This document shows positions 23,304 through 35,900 of a DNA stretch of 48,051 nt, piece after piece. Position 1 is the first letter of the stretch, and each line of letters starts with the position of its first letter. The position numbers and the translations under genes were made by a program. The notes under the pieces were generated by a model, which saw only the letters and a list, made by a program, of their open reading frames with translations, had not been told where the DNA came from and made no database searches. Location: positions 122,379-170,429 of the forward strand of contig NIVC01003203.1 in NCBI GenBank assembly GCA_002269645.1. The letters run 5' to 3'. Source of the DNA: Macrostomum lignano (taxonomy: Eukaryota).

Positions 23304-26300
23304 TCAGTTGTCAATGGCAAATCAACAGTTACTGTCATTGTGCTACTTATAATTAACACTAGCATATATTCTATGACTAGATTTTAATCCTTACTTTGAC
23401 ATTTTGTTTAAGAAAGTATATTAAAAATTTGCAAGTTATTATTAGAGATCAAGAGAGACAAGAAATTGGGCAAAAAATTCTAAGCCAAGACTTGCTTTTG
23501 AGGTAAGACTTCCTATTATGTTCCTATTTTAATGTTAAAACATTAATATCTATAGCTAACAAATATGCAACCTGTTATATATATATTTATTATCAATGGT
23601 TGAAACTAGGCTAGTAAATGAGATTAGTCTTTTGTTTTAGTTTATAAAACTTTGTTATTTAAAATACTGGCAATCATACATATAAAACCTTTGAAATTAT
23701 ACTAGAGATGAGGTAAATTTTCATTTTGATTTTTGCAAAAAATCAAATTTGAATTTGGGCCTTAAAAGTTTAACCTCAATTTAAAATCCTGAAAATTCTA
23801 ACTTATGAAATTAAATTCGAAAATTTAATTTTAAAAATTTAATTTTTCAGAAATTTTAAACATGCTTTTGTTTATAAGAAATGTAGAGCAAAAGAGATAG
23901 ATGCTATATAAAAAGCATGGGGATTTAGGGTAATAAAAGAGACCTATGATAGGAGAGATAAAGGACAAGGAGAAAGGAGAAGGAAATATTTATGGAGAGA
24001 TATAAAACAAGGAAGAAGAGAAAGCAACTTCTAAGACTTAGTAAAAAGATATAAAATAATAAAAATGATATATAATAGGCAATGGTGACTGTAGACTAAT
24101 ATTGCTATAAGGGCTAAAGTTCATTTGCTAAAAATAACTTCAAATTCCCTTATTTTGTCTATGAAGATTTTTGCAATGTGTTTATTTAGATTTATAAGTC
24201 TCTATTAGCCTAAACAATATTTTGTAGCTTGCCTAAAAACAAAATATAGATAATAGTTTTGCCATAACCAAAATTTCTTATATCCATATCTATATCCATA
24301 GCTAGTAAGCTTAACTCTAAAGGCCTTACCATATTAATCACAGTATTTATAGTGTCAAAAATATTGTTTAAGTCTTTGACCCAATTAAAAGGGACTTAAA
24401 AGCTTCTCTTATGTCATAGTTTAGAACACTTTATATCTACCCTAAAAAAATGACCCATATTTTTTGTATATATCAATGTATACTAAATATATTATCTTAT
24501 ATAAAGCTCTAAATCTTTAATTTTAAAATGTTACTACTAGACTAATGATTTTTATATTTAATTTTAATTAAAAAGTAAAATATTTATTATATTTACAAAA
24601 TGTTTTATCTGTATTATAATATAATAATATATATAAAAGTAAAATTTGTATATTTTTGTTAAATACTTAAACCTTTACTTTGTAAAAACAGAATTCAGTT
24701 TTGGGTTAATTAGCTATTAAATGTTATGATTATATATGTATAGATCCCTATTGTGACTATTATTCATAATCATAATGTAAAGTCTTTAAAATTTTTGGTA
24801 GGCCCTATATAATATATAAATATACCAAAATAATAAACAACCAAAAGCCCAAAATCACTTTTGAATACCAATATGTATACCAAGTTTCTTAAGTGTACCA
24901 TAGAAATTTTTGACATTATGCCTTTTTTCTGACTAGGCCTATGCCATGGCCCTTAAATATTGAAAGTGAAAACTATAGAAATAAACTTTAGCCTTTTCTC
25001 CTAACCCTAGGAGCTATACCTAGTCCCTTCTAGTCTAACCCCAATGCAATTTTGCATCTCATGTCAAAATTTTTGTCTTTGACTTTGTTGCTTAAGTCAA
25101 GAGTTAAATCCCAAATTCTAGGACCTTAAGAGCTTTTTTTCTCACATCAAAAGTGAAAACATTTATCTTAAATTTAGCCATAACCATCCTAACCCATCTT
25201 CCCTAGAATAAGTGTAGAAAACCTGTGGACACACAACATAGGATCTAAAATTGTAGCTAAAAATGCGACGTAACAAAGAACATGAACTAGCTTTTATGCT
25301 AAATATAAGCATAATACTAATTAGATTTGATAATGAAGCATTTAGCCTAAATAAGATAGTCATAGTTACTCTTGCCATTTACCCAAAACTGTACTGCACA
25401 ATAACACTACCTGCCTTGATTCTAGCTGCAATGCAACGTTGGAAAATTCCAAAATTGCAATAGCTAGCAGCCTTTTGTCTACTTATTCTAATAAGGCCTA
25501 ACCCTATCCCTAAGTTTCTAATTCCAAGGACTTAAAGCTCTTCTTAAAAGTGAAAGCATGGATTTTAACATTAGTCCCCAACCACTTAACTACAATATGC
25601 ATGTACCATTGAAATTATTTGTTGTTTAAGTTGAAGTGGAAACCTTGTTTCTTGGAAAAATTTGAGGCAGGTCTTTCCAAAGAATATAGCTTGTACTATA
25701 ACAGACATAGCGAGCTTTCATTTTTCAGCACAAAAAAATGTTATTGTTATTGCTAGGCCTATTATAATTCAAAATTAACTCAAGCAAAATAACACTAAGT
25801 CAAGACTATCATTATCCCACAGTCAAGACAAGTGAATGTGTGACACAAAAATATGGTTACGACTATTAATGACAATCAGCGAATAAACTGCTTGAAAATG
25901 GTCAAAGCAGACCAAAAACGCGTTGCACTAATTACTATGTTTGTTCGGAATTATTCCAAATCTGAGTTTCACTTTACATAATTTCAACTTTTTCTTAGCC
26001 ACTTAGGCCTAATTGGTTTTATTGTTAATATACGATGATAGTAATGATAGAAATAATTGGCGACTTGATATTGATGCTTCAGGTCAGCTTGTGACTTAGA
26101 ACTTTTTTTAACCACTGCTTCTTATTATTCTGCTGATTAAATTTTTTTAGACAAGTTACATTACGCTAATTAAATAAAAATCACACGAATCTCTGAATTT
26201 GAGTTAGTTCTGACTGCAATTAAAAACGTTTAAACTGAATAACAAAAAAGTTGGAAACGTCTAATTTGGAAAAGTCCGATCGAGTTAAGCAACACTTTAA

Positions 26301-28696
26301 TGTTTCTGGAATCATAAGTTTATAGTTGATCTCAAATTTCTTCCGTATCAAAAGTTGATTTCGAGATCAAAGAAGTTTGAGGGCCGTTGGAAAATCTGCC
26401 TCCATATTGGCCGGTCATCATCTCACGTTAGTGAACATCAAACAAATATTTGGGGTCCAATTGGCCCGACGATAATTTTTTCCATGTATTTCTCATGTAC
26501 ACTCCTGAAGCTAACTACAGCCATCAAGAGAATCCTTAGATCTTATTCTAATGATTCATTCCTGCCTATTCGCCGCCTGGGCCACATTAATAATTAAAAT
26601 TATTTAGGAGTCTGACTGATTGATAGATTAATTGCAACTGGGATATGCATCGCTTTCGGTCCATTACGACTTTCGCCTCAAAAAGAAAAAATAAGCTGCA
26701 TTGGCTCGGACAATGATGCACCCGATAGTTCAAGATGGCTTCTCTATCAAAAAACCATATCAGAGTTTCAAGTTGCCTGTGACCAGGAAGTCCCCAGTGA
26801 CTGAGACAACTAGACAGGGTTACTGCTGCTGCTCTTAGATGATGTGGTTAGGCCGGGCGTGGGCATGGGCGCGAGCGGGTCCGTGGGAATTGTGTTTAGC
26901 CCCTTTTTGTCCATGGTAATCCGGGGCCGAGGCACCACCTTAATTGTAACTTCCAGAAGCCGATTCTTTAAAACGAACATCGAATTTTCTGATTGGACAA
27001 GCCCGAGATGACTCGCTCGATTCTGATTGGCTGAGCTCTAAACCTTAAATACTTTTCCACTGGGTGACCTCTCAGATCCCAGGGAACTTGCCAGTTTCGG
27101 TCATAAATATTGTAATTAAAAGTAGGAATTGAACAAGGAAAAGGCAAGTTTAGATTCGAAATCTTAGGCATTTATATAGGAGCCAAAAATAAGAGCTTGA
27201 CAATAATATTCATAAAAACTGTCAAAAACTAGGTAGAAAAGCTACCAAGATATCCAGCTGCAGATATTCATTTTAAAGATCCCTTTTAGAGACTCCTCGG
27301 CACCAAAAGTGACAGGTAGCTGATTTTAAATCTCTAAATCGGCCCAGACAGGTTGGCCTCTAGACGTTTAGATATAGTATACTCGACTAAACCGAACGCA
27401 CAGTGCTGAAAGGGGTTTCACCATAGACAATTGAATTCGGTAGAGAAAATTCCGCGCGAGAAGTAGAAGATAAAGCACGCTTTTCCGGGCACTATTTTTT
27501 TAGGGCCCGAGAGCCGAAAATAAAGCCCGCAACTTGACTAACTGCTTAGAATAGCGGGCAATATAAGGCTCACACCATGCTCTATTATAAAATACTCAAT
27601 TTCTCGAGAGCAAACCTTCTGTAAACCAATGGATCAGACGCGAGTAGCGGTTGGTTCAAGCCCGCTAAAACTAAAAAAGTTCTTGTACGCTCTTAGGGAT
27701 ATCAAAGAGGCACCCTACCTTTCATCAGACTCTGCAATTCGATGCGTGCAAACTTTCATTACACTCGGTTAGCGGCTAAAATCTTTTCCAAACTCATTGT
27801 CATAGACTGTATGAAAATATTAAGCAAAGGCGGGGACCGTACTAGGGCTGCTCTACAGATATCCAGCCATTTACATGTACTGTAGGTTTGCAGCCAGCTA
27901 GCTCACTTGGAGACCACACCCATGCTAAATGCACCCACCCTGCACGCACAAGTTTGACAAATTTCACAAAACTGATATGCGACTTGCTTTGGTTGAAGTT
28001 TGCAATCACTTTGTAATCGAAGCATAAGTTTACACAATGAAGACGTCACCTTAACCAAAATAAAAAATTGATTTCCTTTCCTAGAAAACAATTGGAGCAG
28101 CTCGCCCTGTTTAGTCAAGCGCAGGACAGGGTGATAGCGGCTTCCTTGCTCAACCAATTTTTCTCAAGCTGTGCTCTTACCGTGCGACCACACAAAAGGA
28201 AATTGTTTGGATAAGGATTGACAAAGGAAGAAGCCGCGCAGGCAAAATGTAGGCTTTTGCTGGCAGAATGCTGGGTGGAGCAAAAATCCCTTAATCCACC
28301 CCCAGCACCTGCGCAACTCAGAATTCTGGCACAGCCAATCCAATCGCCCTCTGCTGCTCTGGGCGGGGTTCGGCAGACAGTCCTCGGGCGCGGGCCCATC
28401 GTTATGCAGATGGAGTTGGGGAGGGCTCTGGACCAGCTGGAAGAAAAGGCCCTGTGCCAGCAAAACAGGAATGCTCATCGGCACCGCTGCGACTCGCCCC
28501 AAGATGAAGAAATTTCAAAGCTTTGCTAATTGACAGCGATAGGTAAGTCATTATTGGCAGGTTTGACTAATACCATCGCGTTAATCCACTTTTTTTGAAC
28601 TTATTTGCACTTGGAGGATTCCCTGAGATATTTTGAAATCGAAATATAATTTTCCTCTTGCATCAAATCTTGAATTAGGGGATTCTTCATTAAAAT

Positions 28697-29048
28697 CAGG
28701 GGCTGTGTTCACATTGGAGCACTTTAAGCGACATTGTCACACAACCGGCGAGAGGCATTACTGCCCATTCCGCCGACTCCCCTGAGCAGGCACACAAGCG
28801 TGCGGATACGTACGCAGTCATACGCACAGGCACACATTCACACAGGAGTGTACAGCGGCCCTAACTTTATTTATCGTTAGGCATGTACACTTCACTGTGC
28901 CTTGGGGGTTAGCTCTTGAGAGCATTAATTGTAGCATGAACAATTCCAAGCCGAGATTCCAATTTAGTCCCAAATTAATGTGACTGCACTTGGAATCGAG
29001 CCTGGGCCGCTGGCACATCAAAGCGCCGCGCTAGACCACTGAGCTTAG
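28697..29048 (-). mobile_element. SINE family B, copy 2 (uninterrupted)
   Basis: Reverse complement of 12242-12300 plus 12597-12893; has a single ATTCCAAG at the site of the MITE in copy 1. Confidence 0.78.
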
Positions 29049-29357
29049 CCCCCCCCCAAATGAACTAGGGGATACTTTTGATTCATGCATGCTTGGACTA
29101 CTGCAATTACTGAATACAGTCCGGGCTAGTGGCTAAGAGCGCATGAGTCCCACATATCGATCGTCTGAAATACCGCTTAGGCCGCGGAAATTTTCTAAGG
29201 CTTTTACACCCACCACTCTTAAACAAATAGAGACTAATTTCTAAAATTTCTGATTTTCAAACTGCGAGCCACTCATGTATTGTCCACCTCAATCCGTATT
29301 TTAGAGTGGTGTTTTACCCGAGGCCAACTTGCAGCGGACCCGAGCCGCAAGGCAGAC

Positions 29358-29906
29358 ATGGAAAAAGTGTGGCGAGACTACAAGCGTCAGCAGTCCGGAG
29401 GCAATGCAGAGGAGGCCGCCGGCGATGCGGAGGCCGGCGGCGGCGCCACCGTTTTCGACCGCACAATGGAGCTATCGCAGATCATCGAGCAGCTTGGAAT
29501 CGATTTGGAGGAGGCGGGCGGAGGCGGTGGTGGCGGCGGAGGAGGAAACGGCGGCTCTGGCGCTGCCGGGAGCGCCGCGGGCGGCCTCTTGCGCAAGGAT
29601 TTCGACCTCAACATGAACGAGCGGCGCTATCTGCAGGCAGTGGAGCTCGGCGACCTCGCCACGGTTCGGCGCAGCATCGAAAGCGCCTCCTCGCTAGGCA
29701 TCAACATCAACTGCCGTGACTCGCTCGGCCGCTCAGCCCTCCACGTCGCCATCGAATACGAGCACATCGAGCTGCTGGAGGTGCTACTGGCGTACAACTT
29801 GGAGCTCGGCGACGCGCTGCTGCACGCCATTCAAGAGGAGAACATCATCGCTGTGGAGATGCTGCTCAGCTCGCAAACCGAGCGACAGAAAAAGAAGGAC
29901 TTATCC
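29358..29906 (+). CDS. TRPC: TRPC coding exon 1 (poly-Gly N-terminus, ankyrin repeats)
   Basis: ATG at 29358; [12 protein letters not shown]...[21 protein letters not shown]; GTGAGT donor at 29907; upstream acceptor TTTTAG at about 29303. Confidence 0.9.
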
Positions 29907-32900
29907 GTGAGTTTACCATCCGATTTTGACGCTTTTTATTGTCTGCATTTCTACTTTACGAGTATCGGCTTAGCCTGTGCATCGAACTTAAGCTCAAACG
30001 TAATTATTTGACGGGGGAGAATGCAGAAAAATAATCTTTCTATGGCTGATCTGGCTTAGTGCTCATTTATCACCACATACGAGTAAGTACCCTAAAGCAT
30101 ACTCTGGCGACCCCATGACACCCCTTCAATAATGATTACGAGCTCGTTTTTTATTAGCTGGAGGGCTTTGGGCACCCCGGCAACATTGTTCCCTTTTGTC
30201 TATGGTTTCCGGCATTCATACTTGCGGTAACAATTTAATTGTTTGTCGGCTTTTTTCGATTGTTGCCGGATTTCAGACGAATGTATTTGGCTATCAAAAC
30301 AAGGAACAACAATAGCAACACGGCGAAAGTGTTTCATAGTCACAAAAAGTTCTTAAGAACAAACCGCAGAAAAGCCTCAGATAATCTTTCAAAAATCGAT
30401 CCGGAACACGCTCAAACTCCTGGCAGAGCCCCTTCTCGTTGAGGAACTGTCGGAACCTTGCCACGTGAAGCTTCCGTTGCGTCTCGGTCGATTTCGGCAC
30501 TGAGTCACTCTCAAGTTGGTCCAACATTTCCAGATCTTCGCTACCTAGCTCAGGCAGCCCGTTGGAACTGGACGACGCATCCAGGTTGTCCATCTCCAGA
30601 ACGTAGCGCGTGCTCGACTCTCGGGTGACAAAAGCCAACTCGTCCGTGGAGAGTCCACATATTTCTCCGCCAGGAATGTTTGCGTAGCGAATCATAGCTA
30701 GTTTTCCTATTTGCACTCCGAATAGGAGAATTAATTCAAGCTCAAAATCAACTTGAGAATTAACTCATGGCAGCCAGGCTAGCTGTCTTCACTGTCCTTT
30801 AAATTTGCCATAAACGATTAATTATCTCTACAACCCTTTCATTTAGAGAGCAACTAAATTTGCCATAGACGATTGATTATCTCTACAACCCTTTCAAAGC
30901 GCATTCCGGCAACAATCGCATTTCATACTCAGCATCCGCACTATACATGTCTGGGCCATAGACAGGGGAAGTCAAAAGGGTACAATAATGACATGTACCG
31001 ATTTTTTTCGGCAGCAATTGCTCTACTAAGCTTCAGCCGCTACGCGGCTTCAGCTTACGCAATTGCTGCCGAAAAAAATCGGTATATATCGTTACATTGT
31101 TTCGCAAACTGTGGCAGGGGCGTAGCCAGGAATTTTGATTGGGGGGCCGTGAGTTAGGGGGCGCCATCTTCTTATAGGGGGGGCGCCAGTTTCTTTTAGG
31201 GGGGGGGCGCCAGTTTCTTTTAGGGGGGCGCCAGTTTCTTATAGGGGGCGCCAGTTTCTTTTAGGAGGGGGGGCGCCAGTTTCTTTTGGGGGCGCCAGCT
31301 TCTTATAGGGGGGGGGGGCGCCAGTTTCTTTTAGGGGGGCGCCAGTTTCTTTTAGGGGGCGCCAGTTTCTTTTAGGAGGGGGCGCCAGTTTCTTTTAGGG
31401 GGGCGCCAGAACGCGTAGTGACATTTAGACTTCAGAATGAAGGGACAATCGCTCCATAAGAAGTTTTACCTGGGCGGTTCCGAATGGATTATTAAATCAT
31501 TGTCATTGTTGCACGAAATCATTGCCAATTAACTGCGGCAAAATTACAGTCGGATAACTGCCGCAGCTCCGCTCCATCCATGGCCTACTTGCAAATCAGA
31601 GATTGGGAGCGCATTGCCGGTCGCTTGCGATCCAAGTTTTCTTTGCTAGTAAATTTTGCTTTTTTCTTAACTATTCGTTTCTCTTTTCCTTCAGCCTGCT
31701 TAGCTTTATGTGTTTAAGAATTCAGTTAAAGGGTTCAGTCACACGAGTTGTTATGTTGAAGCTGACCGGCATGGAAGCAGTGTCACGCCTGGTTGCAAAC
31801 TGCTCAAATTCCTCTACTCATATTTTCCGTTGTAGAATTTTATTTATTTTCTTTTTTCTTTTCCATTCCGCTTAGAAGGCGTTCAGATTTCGCTGGAGGC
31901 TGCCGGTTTTCACTGCGAACTGCACTGGCGAGCTGGGAAGTTTTCAGGTTCTAAGCACTGAATTCCCAATATCTCACCTGCTGGACTCCCGAATTGCAAA
32001 TGCAGCCAGCAGGTGTTTTGTCCGAGCTGCGCTCACAAGTTTAAAAAGTAAAGATTGAAGAGCTTTGCGCCGCTCAAAATACATACAGACAGGAACAGCA
32101 GAAAGTTCACGGGAGCTTTGCTTGTTTGCCCGTCTCTGGTAGCAGTTCATGAAGAATGTGCATTGCAAGCCTGATAAACCTGTGAAGCAACCTTTTAAAA
32201 GCACTTCATTTGTAATCCGGAAGTCCAGAAGGAGAGATATTGTATATGTTTAGTGCTAAAAATCTTCAATCATCTTATCTTAAGATATGGGGTTGTAGCC
32301 TGGTGGTTAGAGCGTCGGACTCACGACTGAAAGGTCGGGGGTTCGATTCTCGACTCACCAGGAGCAATTTGTGTCCTTGATCACGGCACTTAACTCTGCA
32401 TTGCTTCACTTCACCCAGCTGTAAAATGGGTGCCAGCATTAGCTGGGGTAACTGAGGGTGTGTGTGGCGACGCCGCCCCCCCCCCCCCCCCTAGTCCTTG
32501 GACTGAACAGCCGTACGCAGCCTTCAGATGCGCCGCGCAATAGCTGCGGCTGAGCTGTCGGTTACAAATCTGACCATTAGGGCAGTTATAATCAATTATT
32601 ATTTTATATATTTTTAAGTTGATGCATTTCACCGTGAAAATCGGCCTACAGCAAAATTCACAATATCTGCGAGCCTAGCGTCTTTTAATTCAGTTGACCT
32701 GTCCATGAAACCACCAACAGCCTCCGATCCTCTAACCGCAGGGCCTCCTCGGCACAACACCGTCCAGCAGTTTCACGCCGGACGTCACGCCGATCATCCT
32801 GGCCGCCCAGATCGATAACTACGAGATCATCAAGCTGCTGCTGGATCGCGGCGACCGCGTACCCAAGCCGCACGAACTGCGCTGCGCTTGCGTCGACTGC

Positions 32901-35900
32901 GTCAGGGCGCACAAGGAGGACAGTCTGCAGCACTCGAAATCGCGCATCAACGCCTACAAAGCCCTGGCCAGCCCGTCGCTGATTGCCCTGTCTAGCAAGG
33001 ATCCGATTCTGACAGCCTTCGAGCTCAGCTGGGAGATGCACCGACTCGGCCGGCTCGAGCACGAGTTCCGCGAGGAGTACGAGAACCTGTCGGCCGATTG
33101 TCAGAAGTTTGCCACGGCTCTGCTGGAGCAGACTCGCAGTTCCGAGGAGCTGGCCATCGTGCTTAACCAGGACGCCGGACAGGGCAACGCAAAGCTCAAC
33201 GACAAAACCCTTACGGAGGGTGAGAGGATGAACTTGTCCCGACTCAAGATGGCCATCAAGTACAAGCAGAAGAAGGTTAGTTCGACGTCCCGTTCCGTCC
33301 CGTTCCGTCCCGTTCCGTCCCGTTCCGTCCCGTTCCGTCCCGTTCCGTCCCGTTCCGTCCCGTTCCGTCCCGTTCCGTCCCGTTCCGTCCCGTTCCGTCC
33401 CGTTCCGTCCCGTTCCGTCCCGTTCCGTCCCGTTCCGTCCCGTTCCGTCCCGTTCCGTCCCGTTCCGTCCCGTTCCGTCCCGTTCCGTCCCGTTCCGTCC
33501 CGTTCCGTCCCGTTCCGTCCCGTTCCGTCCCGTTCCGTCCCGTTCCGTCCCGTTCCGTCCCGTTCCGTCCCGTTCCGTCCCGTTCCGTCCCGTTCCGTCC
33601 CGTTCCGTCCCGTTCCGTCCCGTTCCGTCCCGTTCCGTCCCGTTCCGTCCCGTTCCGTCCCGTTCCGTCCCGTTCCGTCCCGTTCCGTCCCGTTCCGTCC
33701 CGTTCCGTCCCGTTCCGTCCCGTTCCGTCCCGTTCCGTCCCGTTCCGTCCCGTTCCGTCCCGTTCCGTCCCGTTCCGTCCCGTTCCGTCCCGTTCCGTCC
33801 CGTTCCGTCCCGTTCCGTCCCGTTCCGTCCCGTTCCGTCCCGTTCCGTCCCGTTCCGTCCCGTTCCGTCCCGTTCCGTCCCGTTCCGTCCCGTTCCGTCC
33901 CGTTCCGTCCCGTTCCGTCCCGTTCCGTCCCGTTCCGTCCCGTTCCGTCCCGTTCCGTCCCGTTCCGTCCCGTTCCGTCCCGTTCCGTCCCGTTCCGTCC
34001 CGTTCCGTCCCGTTCCGTCCCGTTCCGTCCCGTTCCGTCCCGTTCCGTCCCGTTCCGTCCCGTTCCGTCCCGTTCCGTCCCGTTCCGTCCCGTTCCGTCC
34101 CGTTCCGTCCCGTTCCGTCCCGTTCCGTCCCGTTCCGTCCCGTTCCGTCCCGTTCCGTCCCGTTCCGTCCCGTTCCGTCCCGTTCCGTCCCGTTCCGTCC
34201 CGTTCCGTCCCGTTCCGTCCCGTTCCGTCCCGTTCCGTCCCGTTCCGTCCCGTTCCGTCCCGTTCCGTCCCGTTCCGTCCCGTTCCGTCCCGTTCCGTCC
34301 CGTTCCGTCCCGTTCCGTCCCGTTCCGTCCCGTTCCGTCCCGTTCCGTCCCGTTCCGTCCCGTTCCGTCCCGTTCCGTCCCGTTCCGTCCCGTTCCGTCC
34401 CGTTCCGTCCCGTTCCGTCCCGTTCCGTCCCGTTCCGTCCCGTTCCGTCCCGTTCCGTCCCGTTCCGTCCCGTTCCGTCCCGTTCCGTCCCGTTCCGTCC
34501 CGTTCCGTCCCGTTCCGTCCCGTTCCGTCCCGTTCCGTCCCGTTCCGTCCCGTTCCGTCCCGTTCCGTCCCGTTCCGTCCCGTTCCGTCCCGTTCCGTCC
34601 CGTTCCGTCCCGTTCCGTCCCGTTCCGTCCCGTTCCGTCCCGTTCCGTCCCGTTCCGTCCCGTTCCGTCCCGTTCCGTCCCGTTCCGTCCCGTTCCGTCC
34701 CGTTCCGTCCCGTTCCGTCCCGTTCCGTCCCGTTCCGTCCCGTTCCGTCCCGTTCCGTCCCGTTCCGTCCCGTTCCGTCCCGTTCCGTCCCGTTCCGTCC
34801 CGTTCCGTCCCGTTCCGTCCCGTTCCGTCCCGTTCCGTCCCGTTCCGTCCCGTTCCGTCCCGTTCCGTCCCGTTCCGTCCCGTTCCGTCCCGTTCCGTCC
34901 CGTTCCGTCCCGTTCCGTCCCGTTCCGTCCCGTTCCGTCCCGTTCCGTCCCGTTCCGTCCCGTTCCGTCCCGTTCCGTCCCGTTCCGTCCCGTTTCTGTC
35001 TCTGGTCTTTACGCAGTCTTTGTTGGAATCAAGCTCAGTTGAGCGTATAGATGAAACTTCATAGCAGAAAGAATTATCCAAGTGCTTTTTTAATTGCACC
35101 CCTCAGTTTGTGGCCCATCCGCACTGTCAGCAGTTGCTAGCCGCACTCTGGTACGAAGGCCTACCCGGTTTCCGTCGGAAGCACATGTTCTTTCAAATGG
35201 GCATGATTGGCACCTTTGCCGGGATTTTCCCGCTGCTGTCAATGGTCTACCTGGTGGCGCCTCGATCGGAACTGGGACAGAAGATGCGAAAGCCGTTTAT
35301 TAAATTTATCTGCCACAGCGCCTCCTACATGTTATTCCTCGGCTTTCTGGTGCTGGCTGCCATCCGGGTTGAAGATCTCATCATGGACACCCTGGAGGAG
35401 AAAATGCAGGAGAGAGGCGGTGCGCCGAGCATTGTAGAATGGATCATTGTGATCTATATCCTAGGTGAGATGCTCTGTGCCATGCCATCTAGATATGGTG
35501 GAATGGACCATTGTGATCTATGTCCTAGGTGAGATGCTCTGTGCCATGCCATCTAGATATGGTGGAATGGACCATTGTGATCTATGTCCTAGGTGAGATG
35601 CTCTGTGCCATGCCATCTAGATATGGTGGAATGGACCATTGAGATCTATGTCCTAGGTGAGATGCTCTGTGCCATGCCATCTAGATATGGTGGAATGGAC
35701 CATTGTGATCTATGTCCTAGGTGAGATGCTCTGTGCCATGCCATCTAGATATGGTGGAATGGACCATTGTGATCTATGCCCTAGGTGAGATGCTCTGTGC
35801 CATGCCATCTAGATATGGTGGAATGGACCATTGTGATCTATGTCCTAGGTGAGATGCTCTGTGCCATGCCATCTAGATATGGTGGAATGGACCATTGTGA

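Noticed and set aside
23400-26300. Long AT-rich tract
   Set aside because: No ORF of note, termini or periodicity that I could define; treated as ordinary intronic or intergenic DNA.
32289-32361. tRNA gene (Val-like head ending in ACCA)
   Set aside because: Acceptor and T stems pair poorly and the sequence continues into a multi-copy SINE body, so it is treated as a SINE head.
32685-35099. 804-aa and 668-aa ORFs ([10 protein letters not shown] / [10 protein letters not shown] repeats)
   Set aside because: They are translations of the intronic 10-bp satellite. The real TRPC exon ends at the GTTAGT donor at 33276.
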